NCBI GenBank assembly: GCA_052327205.1
Contig: CM126228.1
Coordinates: forward strand, 45,446,001-45,510,000
Reading direction: 5' to 3'
Length of the DNA stretch: 64,000 nt
Source of the DNA: Somniosus microcephalus
Taxonomy: Eukaryota
In this document: in pieces, positions 37,701 to 50,580 of the stretch
Layout: each line of letters begins with the position of its first letter
Position numbering within the stretch: the first letter of the stretch is position 1
Program-made: the position numbers and the translations under genes
The notes under the pieces: model-generated
Databases searched by the model: none
What the model was told of the DNA's origin: nothing
The model's input: only the letters and a program-made list of their open reading frames with translations

Positions 37701-38128
37701 CCCTATTTCAGCTCCCCTCTGTATCCCATCCCCCTGCCAAGTTAGTTTAAACCCCTCCCAACAGTGCTAGCAAACCTCCCCGCAAGGATATTTGTCCCGC
37801 TCTGGTTCAGGTGCAACCCGTCCGACTTGTACAAGTCCCACCTTCCCCAGAAGCAGGCCCAGTGATCCAGGAAAGTAAAACCCTCCCCCCTACACCAACT
37901 CTTTAGCCACGCATTCATCTGCTCTATCCTCCTATTGCTATACTCACTAGCACGTGGCACTGGGAGTAATCCAGAGATTACAACCTTTGAGGTCCTGCTC
38001 TTTAATCTGTTACCTAGCTCCCTAAATTCTTGATGCAGGACCTCATCCCCCTTCCTACCTATGTCATTGGTCCCAATGTGGACCACGACCTCTGCCTGCT
38101 CACCCTCCCCCTTAAGAATGCCCTGTAG
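34730..38128 (-). mobile_element. Young CR1: ORF1 esterase C-terminus (37742-38128) and near-intact ORF2 (37694-34824)
   Basis: ORF2 reads through in one frame for 957 codons except for one TAA at 37506-37508; (ATGACTCT)n tail. Confidence 0.95.
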
Positions 38129-39850
38129 CAAAAGTAAATGTTGGTCCCTTAGAGGCTGAGACAGGAGAAATTATTATGGGGAATAAGGAAATGGCAGAAA
38201 TGTTAAACAAATATTTTGTATCTGTCTTCACAGTAGAAGACACAAAAAACATACCAAAAATGGTGGGGAACCAATGGTCTAATGAGGGTGAGGAACTTAA
38301 GGTAATTAATATAAGTAGAGAAAATGTACTAGAGAAACTAATGGGACTAAAAGCTGACAAATCCCCTGGACTTGACGACCTACATCCTAGGGTTCTAAAA
38401 GAGGTGGCTGAAGAGATAGTGGGTGCATTGGTTTTGATCTTCCAAAATTCCCTAAATTCTAGAATGGTCCCAGCAGATTGGAAGGTCGCAAATGTAACAT
38501 CGCTATTCAAGAAAGGAGGGAGAGAAAAAACAGGGAATTACAGACCAGTTAGCCTGACATCAGTTGTCGGGAAAATACTGGAATCCATTGTTAAGGAAGT
38601 GGTATCAGGGCACTTAGAAAATCATAACATGATTAGGCAGAGTCAACATGGATTTATGAAAGGGAAATCATGTTTGGCAAATTTATTAGAGTTTTTTGAT
38701 GTTGTAACTAGCAGGGTAGATAAAGGGGAACCAGTGGATGTAGTATATTTGGATTTCCAAAAAGCATTCGATAAGGTGCCACATAAAAGATTATTACACA
38801 AGATTAGGGCTCATGGGGTTGGGGATAGAGGATTGGTTAATGGATAGAAAACAGAGAGTAGGGATAAACGGATCTTTTTCAGGTTGGCAGGCTGTAACTA
38901 GTGGGGTGCCGCAAGGATCAGTGTTGGGGCCTCAGCTATTTACAATCTATATTACTGACCTGGATGAAGGGACCGAGTGTAATGTGTCCAAGTTTGCTGA
39001 CGATACAAAGCTAGGTGGGACAGTAAGCTGTGAGGAGAACACAGAGTCTGCAAAGGGATATAGATAGACTGAGTGAGTGGGCAGTAAGGTGGTAGATGGA
39101 GTATAATGTAGGGAAATGTGAGGTTATTCACTTTGGTAGGAAGAATAGAAAAAAAGAATATTTTTTAAATGGTGAGAAACTTTCAAATGTTGGTGTTCAG
39201 AGAGATTTGGGTGTCCTCGTGCAAGAAACACAGAAAGCTGGCATGCAGGTTCTGCAAGCAATAAGGAAGGCAAATGGCATGTTGGCCTTTATTGCAAGGG
39301 GGTTGGAGTATAAGAGTGAGGAAGTCTTGCTACAATCGTACAGGGCCTTGGTGAGACCACACCTGGAGTACTGGGCACAGTTCTGGTCTCCTTATCTAAG
39401 GAAGGATATACTTGCCTTGGAGGCGGTGCAACAAAGGTTCACTAGATTGATTCCTGGGATGAGAGGGTTGTCCTATGAGGAGAGATTGTGTAGAATGGGC
39501 CGATACTCTCTGGAGTTTAGAAGAATGAGAGGTGATCTCATTGAAACATACAAGATTCTGAAGGGGAATAGGGTTGGACCATTTAAGACCGAGATGAGGA
39601 GGAATTTCTTCACTCAGAGGGTTGTGAATCTTTGGCGTTCTCTGCCCCGAGGGCTGTGAATGCTGAGTCTTGGAGTATATCCAAGGCTGAGATCGATAGA
39701 TTTTTGGACTTTAGGGGAATCGAGGGATATGGGGATCGGGCGGGAAAGTGGAGTAGAGGTCGATGATCAGCCATGATCTTATTGAATGGCGGAGCAGGCT
39801 CGAGGGGCCGTATGGCCTACTCCTGCTTTTATTTCTTATGTTCTTATATG
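38129..39850 (+). mobile_element. CR1 LINE of a different subfamily, 5'-truncated and frameshifted
   Basis: RT motifs in ORFs 38176-38847, 38813-39067 and 39096-39659; (TTCTTATG)n tail. Confidence 0.92.
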
Positions 39851-40224
39851 GGAACAGGGCGGGCACATGGGATTAGGACATGGCCCGTGTGGATGGTAAA
39901 AACCAACATGGACTGGTTGGGCTGAACGGCCTGTATCCGTGCTGTAATCCCTCTGTAATTCTATGTATCATTCTCTTGAGTGTGTTGATTGCAGCTCTGC
40001 ATTGGCTGAACACGTTTAGCATCAATTCAGATACCTGCTGTGGGTCACATAACTGCATAACCTTGTGCGAGATTCAAATGAGATGATGACTGTGGATTAG
40101 CTGAAGCCAAGCTTTGTAACAGAACTGAAACGACGAGGCAGCTTTGAATGAGTTATTAATAGTGTGCTGGAATTAAAACTACATTTAGTTATACTGTAGT
40201 CCTTTAAGCTTCATCCTTAATTAT

Positions 40225-40430
40225 TGTTGTGATCTGGAATGCACTGTCTGAAAGGGCGGTGGAAGCAGATTCAGTCGTAGCTTTCAAAAGGGAATTGGAT
40301 AAATATTTAAAAAGGGAAAATTTGCAGGGCTCTGGGGAAAGAGCGGGGGCAGTGGGACTAATCGGGTAGCTCTTTCAAAGAGCTGGTATGATGGGCCGAA
40401 TGGCCTCCTTCTGTGCTGTAAGATTTTATG
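40225..40430 (+). mobile_element. CR1 3' end
   Basis: TGGAATGCACTG...GATGGGCCGAATGGCCTCCTTCTGTGCTGTAA. Confidence 0.75.
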
Positions 40431-41739
40431 GAGATTCTCGCATTGAAATTGTGCTTTTTTCTGAGCCACACACCTAGGAAACTTGCAAAAGGTGGCACTG
40501 CCCCAGAAAAGCTGGCAGTTCAAAAACAAGCAATAACACAGAAAGTGCAGCGGGCTTGTAAATTACCCAACATTCCTTCACAACCTCGGAGGGAAAATAA
40601 GCATAAAAACACGAACACCTAAAGGAAATGCAAGTATTGAAGGGGCCAGTTTATTTTCTAGGAAGTGTCTCAGGGCATATAATCTACATACTGTTGTTGT
40701 ACTTTTCCAGTATTTTGGAGTTTATATGGCAGTACATTTTTTTTATTCTGAAAAGAAAAGAATATTTTTGTTGAAATCTACTCTATTTGCCGTTTGGAAA
40801 TTAATCATTTTCTTTAAAACTTATTTCACTCAGGAGCAGGGGATCCATTGCTAGATTTATTTTTAAATTGTCCGATAGAAAATAGATGTTTCAAACCCAG
40901 TCTTCTTGATGATTCCAATCAGGGCTGTAGGCAACAAATTTAGATTTGTAGACACTCCTTCCAAATGCAGTCCCACCCATCCCCTCGCATCAACTGTTGG
41001 GGTATTTCTAAGGAATCTGTGGAGCATTCTCTCCTGGAAATGTTTGGAATTTTGCATTAAAATGTCTGCATTCTGGTTAATTTTAAACTCTTTTGTACTT
41101 CACCAATAACAGATTTTTAAGGAGAAGTAAGTGACATTTGGGTTTTTGACAAAACAACCAGATCGACACATTTCCAAAATCTACCACAAGTCATTCACCA
41201 AGTACACCGACACTCTGCCCCTCCCGACCCAGTGGGCAGAGACACGGGGAGCAATTCTCACTTTTGATATGTTCTGAAAATGGACACAGAGGGGTCATAA
41301 TGGTTCACTAAATTAGACAGAAACCAAAAGGCACAGCATGTTGAAGGCCAGTTCTGGGTCAGCTGTGTTCTTTTTGTCCTGCTGGCATTACGACTCTCAT
41401 AGCCTTTGTGCCAGCTGTCCTTAATTATTTGTTTTCCCCCGGGATCATTCCTGGCACTGGCTAGTGTCACAACACGCATCTTCCGAGCTGACTTGTTGGG
41501 AAAATGAGCAGGCACTATGGAGGGCTCCAGGCAGAGCAGGCTGCCCAAGAGGTGCCCTCCTGCTGACACTGCATCTGCAGAGAGAGGGGGGAGTACCTCA
41601 CTTTGGCCAATGCGGTGGTGGCGGAGGCTTCACCTCCCACAGGAAGCCTCACCAGCAAAACCCTGGTGGAATCACTATGATACGTGACTGTCTGACTAAC
41701 GGTCATGCTGGATCATTCTTCAGCAACACCTCATTGAAA

Positions 41740-41910
41740 GCAGTGGCTCTGCACGGAAGAGGACATTCTAGAGCCAGTGTATTGTCTGATTGGCCCCTTG
41801 GCACATACCTATCTAATGACCAAGGTGACCAATCCTCTCAGGCTCTGGGTCAACAGGGAGGTGGATACAGAACTGTGCCGTCTGCTGCAAGGCCACCTGA
41901 AGACACCGTG
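41740..41910 (+). mobile_element. Harbinger transposase N-terminal fossil
   Basis: YLMT...LRL.VNREVDTELCRLLQGHL. Confidence 0.5.
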
Positions 41911-43400
41911 CAGCACAGTGATGGAGCAGGCGGGAACAGTAACTTCAGTGCACCCCTTGCTGGCACACCGCAATGCTAACGCATGGGGTTAGTGCCTCGG
42001 AGCGGCAGAGAGGGTAATGCTTTTGCAATCACCTCGAACTGCCTCACCATGACTTCCGCAACCAGAATGCGGAGAAGAGGGGTGGGCGTTGGGTGCTGGG
42101 CTGCTCTATTACACATGACTGCAAGTTCATGGCCACACCTAGGGACCCTTTTCCCTTAATGTTGTCCTGTAACTGCTGAATTCCCCTGCTTGTCCGCCGT
42201 GGCAAAGCTTGCTAATGGATCGGGACGTCTTTTGAAGTTTTCCATGGCTTTCAGAATTTTCGGCCCCCTATTGTGACACCGCCCTTTAGTTGGCTATTCC
42301 TTTAAGTTTGACAAACATGCAATTTCCCTTCCCACCACTAATGCTGCCCCTGGACCTGTCTGAGTCTGTACCTGGTGCTGTAAGTTATTATGTTAACGAG
42401 CTTGTACCAGACAATTGAGTACTGTTAGTGTTGAGTCTGTATGTTCCAGTTATGTTTAGGATTAATCACTGGACACAGACAACAAGAATAACTTTTAACA
42501 GGTCTTTACTATTCGAAGGTCAGGGCTGAACTGCCCAGCAAATCCTTGCACAACACTTATATACCGGTGTGGTCACCACCGGTATTACAGTATTACAGTA
42601 TACAGCAGCCAAGAGAAAGTAGTACACCTCTTAAGGTAGTTCTCTTTAAGGTGGAACAGGTTACATACACCACAATCCTCCCTTTTTAGCTTAACAGTTA
42701 TATCCCCATTTAACATAACATAATAACATATATATATACAACTTCATGCAAAACAGTTCAAAGATTCAGTCTCTGAGGAGGCCTCCTGATTCGAGTTGGA
42801 TAATGCCTTTCAGGGGTCTCTGATTCTCGTTGCTGGGGTGACTCATCTAGTTGGTCTCTTATGGATGGGACATCATCATCAGGTACATTCACTTCTGAGG
42901 TAGATGCTTCAGGTTCACTAACTTCTTTCACGGTTGTCTCTGCCGTAACCATGGGTTCGACCCTTGCTCTCGATTCTACCAGTTGGTCAGCATGACGCCG
43001 TATTACATTTTCACCAATATCTACCGTGTACATCAGGGGTCCTTGTCTGGCCCAAATTGTTCCAGATTGCCATTTCTCGTTTTTATAGTCCCGGGCTAAC
43101 ACTGGTTGTCCTATTTCGAAACTCCGAGTGGTCTTGTTATTTATATGCTGGAAGTGTTTGTTTTCAACTTCCCTCTGCACATTTGGTTTTAACAAGTCCA
43201 ACCTGGACCGCAACCTGCTGTTGTAGAACATCATGGCAGGACTTTGGTTTGTCACTGCATGAGTGGCGTTTCGATATGCCAGTAGGAATTTGTCCACCTT
43301 GTGTTGTAGTGGAATCTGATCTTCGCTCATGGCCTTTATTGCTTTTTTAAACGTTTATACAAATCTCTCGGCCAACCCGTTTGTAGCCGGATGATATGGG

Positions 43401-46400
43401 TGAAATAAAGAATAGATTTGCCTTTCTAATCTAGGCTTTATTAACTTAAAAATCCGGTAGCACATCTTCAACACCCAGTCCCAACTAAAGGCTGGAAAGA
43501 ACTGAATTTAAGATGGCCACCACAAATCACATGACATCAACTACCAATGAGATTACAGCATATAGCCCAAGGCAGGAAACAAACAACCAATCACAATACT
43601 TCTTACTAAACATAAAGAATAATCACCACATTCACCCCTCCTTTTAAAATATACTCCAACCTAAATAACCTTTACAATTTATAATTAATTATTTACAACT
43701 AAAACTATGCACAGACAAAATAAAACTATTCAACATGACACAATACTAAGTGAGCAACAACAAATAGTAACATTGCACATAAGTATTAAGCATCTCTCAA
43801 CTAAAACAATATAATATAATATATTTCAACAATTTTAAAACATTACTATCAATTTAAAAGTCCATTTTCAATCGGTCGACTGGATATCTTGTTCATGTTG
43901 ACCTTCTTAACCTTGGTGAAATTCCTTGCCCTCCCACACCAGGAGACACAGAAGTATCTTCTGCAGGAAGGCTATCCATATCCCGATTTTCAACGGTTTC
44001 CGGATTAGAAATCCCATCAGGAGGTAAACTGGGATGGTCATGAACATCCATCGAGGGCTGACTAATAGAAGTATAATTATCTGCAGTCGGATTGGAAATA
44101 TTCGTAGTATCTGTAACAGCATCCACATTATCTGAATCATGACTATTGTTAATATCCTCAGAAGAGGGCTGGCCACCACAAGGAGCCAAGTCTTTAATTG
44201 AAACGGTACTTTCTTTCCCATCTTGGAATCGAATATGAGCATATTGGGAATTTGCTTCCAATAGCTCCACCTCCTCCACTAAAGGATCATATTTTGACAA
44301 TCTAACATGGCGTCGAAGCAGCACAGGTCCCTGCATAGTAAGCCATGAAGGTACCGAATATCCCGTAGTAGATCTCCGTGGATAGTTAAAGAGCCTTTCA
44401 TGGGGGGTCACATTAGTAGCCGTTGAAAGCAATGATCTAATGGAATGCAGGGCATCAGGCAGTACCATTTCCCACTGTGTATTCTTAAGGTTCCGGGATG
44501 TCAAAGCCAACATAACTGCCTTCCAGATCACCCCATTGTATCATTCGCACTGTCCATTACCCTGGGGATTATACGGGATAGTTCTGCTAGTAGAAATTCC
44601 CCGACTCTGAAGGTATTTCTTCAACTGGGAAGACATAAAAGAACTTCCCTGATCCGAATGGATATACGCAGGCATCCCAAAGATGACAAAAAGTTGAGTC
44701 AGACATTTGATAACTGTAGCAGCTGATACATCTGCGCAAGGAAAAGCAAAAGGGAACCTTGAAAACTCATCCACAACAGTAAATATATATCGGTTTTGAG
44801 TAGTTGAAGGAAGAGGCCCCTTGAAATCGACGCTCAAACGTTCAAAAGGAGAAGTAGCCTTTATAAGATGAACTCGTTGAGGCTTAAAGAAATTCGGTTT
44901 ACACCGAGCACAGATAGAACATGATGAAGTCATCCGCTTGACGTCTTCAACTGAAAAGGGCAAATTCTTACTGCGTATGAAGCGTATCATCCTCATAACC
45001 CCAGGATGGCATAAGGCATTGTGAAGATTAATAAGCGTATCTCCGTGAATCACAGAACAATAAGCCCTCGACAGCGCATCAGCAGCAACATTATCCTTCC
45101 CCGGACGATAAACTATATCAAAATGGTAACATGCCAACTCAATCCTCCACCTCATTATTTTATCATAGAGTCATAGAGTTTTACAGCACAGAAAGAGGCC
45201 CTTCGGCCCATCGTGTCTGCGCCGCCCATCCATCCCTGTCCAGTCTAATCCCATTTTCCAGCATTTGGTCCATAGCCTTGTATGCAATGGCATTCCAAGT
45301 GCTCATCCAAATGCTTCTTAATCTTTCCAAAATGTTTGACATCAAACATAAAGGACACAGACTTTTGATCAGTTACCAACGTAAAATGTCGCCCCGATAA
45401 ATAATGTCTCCATTTACGCAGTGCTTCTACTATTGCATACGCCTCTTTCTCTATTGAAGAATGCCTTTTTTCACTATTGTTCAAGGTACGTGAGAAAAAG
45501 GCCACAGGTCTTCCATTTTGGTTCAGAGTAGCCCGAATTGCAAAATCAGAAGCGTCCGTCTCAATCACAAAAGGAACCTGCTCATCAATAGAATGCACAA
45601 CTGCTCCAAGGATATCCTTTTTAAAATTATCAAAACACGTCCTGGCCTCCCATGATAAAGGATATGTCGTAACCCGAATAAGAGGCTGGATCTTCTGTGA
45701 AAAATTTGCAATCCAATTAGAATAGTAAGAAAACAGTCCAACAACTCATTGCAAAGCCTTAGAATTAGTAGGACAAGGTAAATCAATCAATGGTCGCAGA
45801 CGTTCTGGGTCTGGTTTAATCTTGTTTCCCGAGATAATGTACCCCAGTAGATTTACCTCAGTGGTCGAAAAGGTACACTTCTCTTTATTGAAAGTTAAAC
45901 CAACTTTTTCCGCAGCTTGAAGGAATCTTTCTAAATTAGAATCATGCTCCACCCTTGATTTGTCACACACCGTGATGTCATCTAAATATGAAAAGGTGTC
46001 AGAGAGAGAGTTATCACTTATAAAAGCATCCATTGCCCGTTGAAAACAAGCAACACCATTAGTAACACCAAATGGTATTCGGCAAAACTGATACAGCTTT
46101 CCACCAGCCTCAAAGGCCGTATATGGTTGATCCTTCTTAACAATAGGAATCTGATGATAAGCACTCTTTAGGTCAATAGTGCTAAAAACCTTATACTGAG
46201 ATACTTTATTGATAAGCTCATCAATCTTAGGCAAAGGGTACGCATCTAATTGAGTATACCTATTAATAGTTTGGGAATAGTCTATCACCATTCGTTTCTT
46301 ATGTCTCTCGTTAGTCGTGACAACTACCTTTGCCCGCCAAGGCGAACAACTAGGTTCAATGATTCCTTCCAATAAGAGACGTTGAACTTCAGAATTAATA

Positions 46401-47266
46401 AATTCTCTATCCTGACTGCTATACCTTCTTGACTTGGTAGCAATTGGCTTACAATCCGGCATCAAATTGGAAAAAAGCGATAATGGGAGCATAAGAATCC
46501 GAACTTCTCTGAGCCACATCCAATGTAGAAGCTTGCTCAAAAGCACTCTTAAGATCCAAAGTCTTATTTTCTAACAACCGCTGATGAATTGATCTAGACA
46601 GTAATCCATTAATAAAAGCATCCCGTACCGATTCTTCCTTATATTCTTCAGCCGTCACGGCCTTATAATTACAGTTAACACTAAGGCACCGAAGTGCTTG
46701 TAAATAAGTATCCAAAGATTCTCCCACCTGCTGCCTATGGGCAGATAGAAGGTGACGTGCAAATACCTCATTCTTTGGTTTAACAAAAATCTTTTCCAAT
46801 GTAGAAATAGCCACTTCGTAAGTTTTACAGTCCAAAATATACTTATACACATCCGGAGCAATGTAGTTGATCAGCATATTCAGCTTATTTAGAGACTCTT
46901 GATGCAACACGCCCAAAAAGTTTTTAAATGTACAATACCAATGTTTCCATTTATCATCCACTCCTGCAGAATTAGGGTCAGCATTGAATCGTTCTGGTTG
47001 AAGATATCGCTCCATTCTGACATAAAGTTAATAAATTGAAATAAAGAATAGATTTGCCTTTCTAATCTAGGCTTTATTAACTTAAAAATCCGGTAGCACA
47101 TCTTCAACACCCAGTCCCAACTAAAGGCTGGAAAGAACTGAATTTAAGATGGCCACCACAAATCACATGACATCAACTACCAATGAGATTACAGCATATA
47201 TCCCAAGGCAGGAAACAAACAACCAATCACAATACTTCTTACTAAACATAAAGAATAATCACCACA
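43401..47266 (-). mobile_element. Second Ty3/Gypsy element nested in the outer integrase, internally deleted
   Basis: 230-bp LTRs 43401-43630 and 47037-47266 (1 mismatch); TSD ATGGG; PPT AAAAGGAGGGGTGAA; gag from 47015, RT (YLDD), RNase H (TDASD), integrase (SVDFKGP, HSDQG); no protease motif. Confidence 0.95.
45163..45320 (-). mobile_element. CR1 3' tail inserted in the inner Gypsy
   Basis: KKHLDEHLECHCIQGYGPNAGKWD* plus (ATGACTCT)n, lying between FGKIK and NDKIMRW. Confidence 0.9.
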
Positions 47267-49335
47267 ATGGGGCAGAGGTATAATGTTTCACCCCATTCTT
47301 CTTCATGAATCCCTGGAATTCTTCTGACATGAACTGCGGTCCGTTGTCTGAACATATTTGTTCTGGCAATCCATTTCTCGCAAATATCGTTCTTAACACC
47401 GCGATCGTCTTTTCCGAGGTAGTGGTAGTCATCTTAATCACTTCTGGCCATTTAGAATGTGCGTCCACCGCAATTAAAAACATGGAGTCCATGAAAGGAC
47501 CAGCAAAGTCAATATGTACACATTGCCATGGGGTTGAAGGCCATTCACATGGATGCAGCGGGGCAATCGGAGGTGCATTTTGCACTTTTTGACACCCTGA
47601 GCAGCTTTTCGTCAGCTCCTCTATCTGTTGGTCGATACCCGGCCACCACACATAAGCCCTAGCAAGGCTTTTCACCTTGACTCCCCCCAGATGACCTTCA
47701 TGCAGTTCCTTTAGAACTCTCTCTCTTAACTTAGGAGGAATAATCACCCTTGTTCCATACATCAATGTTCCTTGACAGACGGACAGCTGTTCTCGTCTTG
47801 CTGAGAATGCCGGTAACAGTGGATCACCATGTGCTGGCCATCCCTTCACTGTCACTTCGTAGTCCCTGGACAGTGTTGGGTCATTCCTGGTTTCTCTTTC
47901 AATACTTGCATTGGTGACTGGTAAACATTCGATGATGGTCGAGTGAAATAACGCAACAGGGTCAACCGTCGGTGCCTCGTCCTCTGTAGGTAGTGGCAGG
48001 CGCGACAGCCCATCAGCATTACCATGCTGCTTTGTACCTTTGAATTCTATCTGATATTGATGTGCCCCTAGGAAAAGGGACCATCTCTGGAGTCTCTGTG
48101 CTGTCATCACCGAAACACCCTTCTTAGGGTTAAAAATGGATACCAACGGCTGGTGGTCTGTCAGAAGCGTAAACTTTTGGCCCTGCAGGTAATGATTAAA
48201 CTTCTTTACTCCCCACACAAGGCTGAGAGCCCCCCTATCTATCTGAGCATAGTTGCGCTCAGCGGAGGTCAATGATCTGGATGCGAATGCAACTGGCCTC
48301 TCCTGGCCATTTGGCAACTTGTGTGAGAGTACTGCCCCAATACCATATGGAGAAGCATCACAAGCCAAACGAATAGGCAGCGTTGGGTTGAAGTGAGCCA
48401 ACACTTCCTCTGAGGTGATCAATGCCTTGCTTTTGCGAAAGGCCCTCTTACAGTCCTCGCTCCACTTCCATGGTACTCCCTTCTGCAAAAGAGCGTTCAG
48501 CGGGTGCAGCACCGTGGATAAATTTGGCAGAAACTTATGGTAATAGTTAATCAACCCTAGAAACGACCTCAATTGGGATACATTATCCGGAGCGGGAGCC
48601 TTCACAACAGCTTCAATCTTGTCAGGAGACTTATGAAGCCCCTCCTGGTCAATGACATGACCACAGTACGAGATCCGCTTCTGAAAGAATTCACATTTCT
48701 GGCGATTAACTCGAAGACCATATTCTTTCAATCTGGTGAGCACCAGTTCCAAGTTTGCAAGGTGTTCCTCGTCATCATCTCCTGTAATCAGAATATCATC
48801 CAGGTAACATTGTGTACCTGGAATTCCCTGTAATACCTGCTCCATGGCCCTCTGCCAAATTGCTGGAGCCGATGCCACTCCAAAAACCAGTCTATTATAC
48901 CGGTACAAGCCTCTATGCGTGTTGACCGTGAGATACTGGCGTGACTCTTCCTCAACTTCCATCTGTAAGTACGCCTGCGCCAGGTCTATCTTGGTGAAGT
49001 GTTTCCCGCCAGACAATGAAGCGAAGATATCCTCAATCCGTGGAAGTGGATACTGCACCGTGTGAAGCACCGGATTAACAGTGATCTTGAAATCACCACA
49101 GATGCGAACCTTCCCCGGTTCCCCCGGCTTGTTGCTCGATGAACGCTTCATGACTGGGACAATGGGCATGGCCCACTCACTCCAGTCTACCTTAGACAGT
49201 ACTCCTGAACGTTCTAGCCCTTCCAGCTCAGCTTCCACAGCAGGTCGTATTGCATAAGGTACCGGTCTGGCTTTGAAAAATTTTGGGTTTGCATGTTCTT
49301 CAATCTTGATGTTTGCCGTAATTCCTCTGTGTTCC
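47267..49335 (-). pseudogene. Outer Gypsy RT-RNase H-integrase; integrase resumes at 43400-42758
   Basis: RICGDFK, YLDDIL, CDASPYG, HHCC, HIDFAGP, SDNGPQF; SAP|YHPATNG is split by the inner element. Confidence 0.92.
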
Positions 49336-50580
49336 CAGTCCTTGTTGGAACACCTCTTTAGCATCGTCCAATATTCTAGACAATCGTTTAGGTTTGACAT
49401 CTTTTGTACCGGAATCTACCGTTAGTGCTTTTAAGGAATGCCAGTCCATATTTATTTTCCTAATCCACTCCCGTCCCAGTAGTGGTGGACCTCCCTCAGG
49501 TAGCACATATAAGTCCATTCCTCGGCTTTCTTTGCCCTTGTGGACCACCTTTACCTCTATCTTCCCGATGGGGTATACTCTTTGCCCCGTGTATGTTTTC
49601 AATACAATCTCCGTATCCCGTAGGGGAATATGTGGGAATAACCTTTTGTAATCTTTCTTATTCATGACCGTCAATGCCGATCCAGTGTCCAATTCCATCT
49701 TCACTTGGACTCCTGCTATCTGAAGTGTGACCCAAATTGTTTGGAGGTCTGCTTCCTTACCAACATTGTGTACTCTTAGACTACCCAGTTCATTACTGCT
49801 GGCGTCTGAATCTGACTTCTGTTCATTCGAACTGTTCTCTGTCACCTTGTGTACCTTGTTGTACTTTTCCTGCGGTGACTTTTTGTTGCTGGTCTTCTTT
49901 CCTGACCGGCATACTTTAGCTATGTGACCAAGCCTGCCACATTTTCTGCATTCCTGATTTTTGAACCAGCACTGGTTCTGATCATGTGTTGTCTTTCCAC
50001 AATGATAACATTTTACTGTACTCAAGACCATTTGATTGGTACAGAGTTCCGGTGACCGTAGCTGCATTTCCGCAGTGCCTCTTGCTGTGGCTTCTTGCGA
50101 TGCTGCAATAGTGACAGCTTTATCAAGCGTAAGATCATTCTCTTCAAGCAGTCGCTTTTGTGTTCCTTCTTTTAACAATCCACACACAAATTTATCTCTC
50201 AGCGCATCTGCTAGCCCTGTCCCAAACTGACAGTACTTCGATAGCTTACGTAGTTCAATTAAAAATTCAGCGTTGCTTTCGTCTTTCAACTGCGTTCTTC
50301 TGTAAAATTTAAATCGTTCCGCTATCATCAGCGGCGTGGGGTTTAAATGATTTTTCAGGACAGTAACAATATTCGCGAAGGTCTGATCCGCCGGTTTATT
50401 TGGTGATAGAAGGTGCTTCAATAGCCCGTATGTCTTCGCCCCCATTGAGCTTAATAAGGTTAATGCTTTCTCATCATCTGGTACCTTATTTGCTTCACAA
50501 TAAACTTCCAGGCGTTCTACATACGTGGTCCAATCTTCGACATCACTATCAAAGGTATTAATGCTCCCATGTTTAGGCAT
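49300..50580 (-). pseudogene. Outer Gypsy gag-protease (two CCHC knuckles, LDTGS protease motif)
   Basis: CYHCGKTTHDQNQC, CRKCGRLGHIAKVC, MELDTGSA; frameshift near 49330 separates it from RT. Confidence 0.9.

Noticed and set aside
38100-38180. Twin-priming inversion at the head-to-head CR1 junction
   Set aside because: Both arms have their own 3' tails and belong to different subfamilies.
47012-47022. TGTCAGAA as a remnant tRNA-Leu PBS
   Set aside because: Lacks TGG, is ~14 nt from the LTR and matches only 8 nt; weaker than the self-complementary 11-mer, though not excluded.
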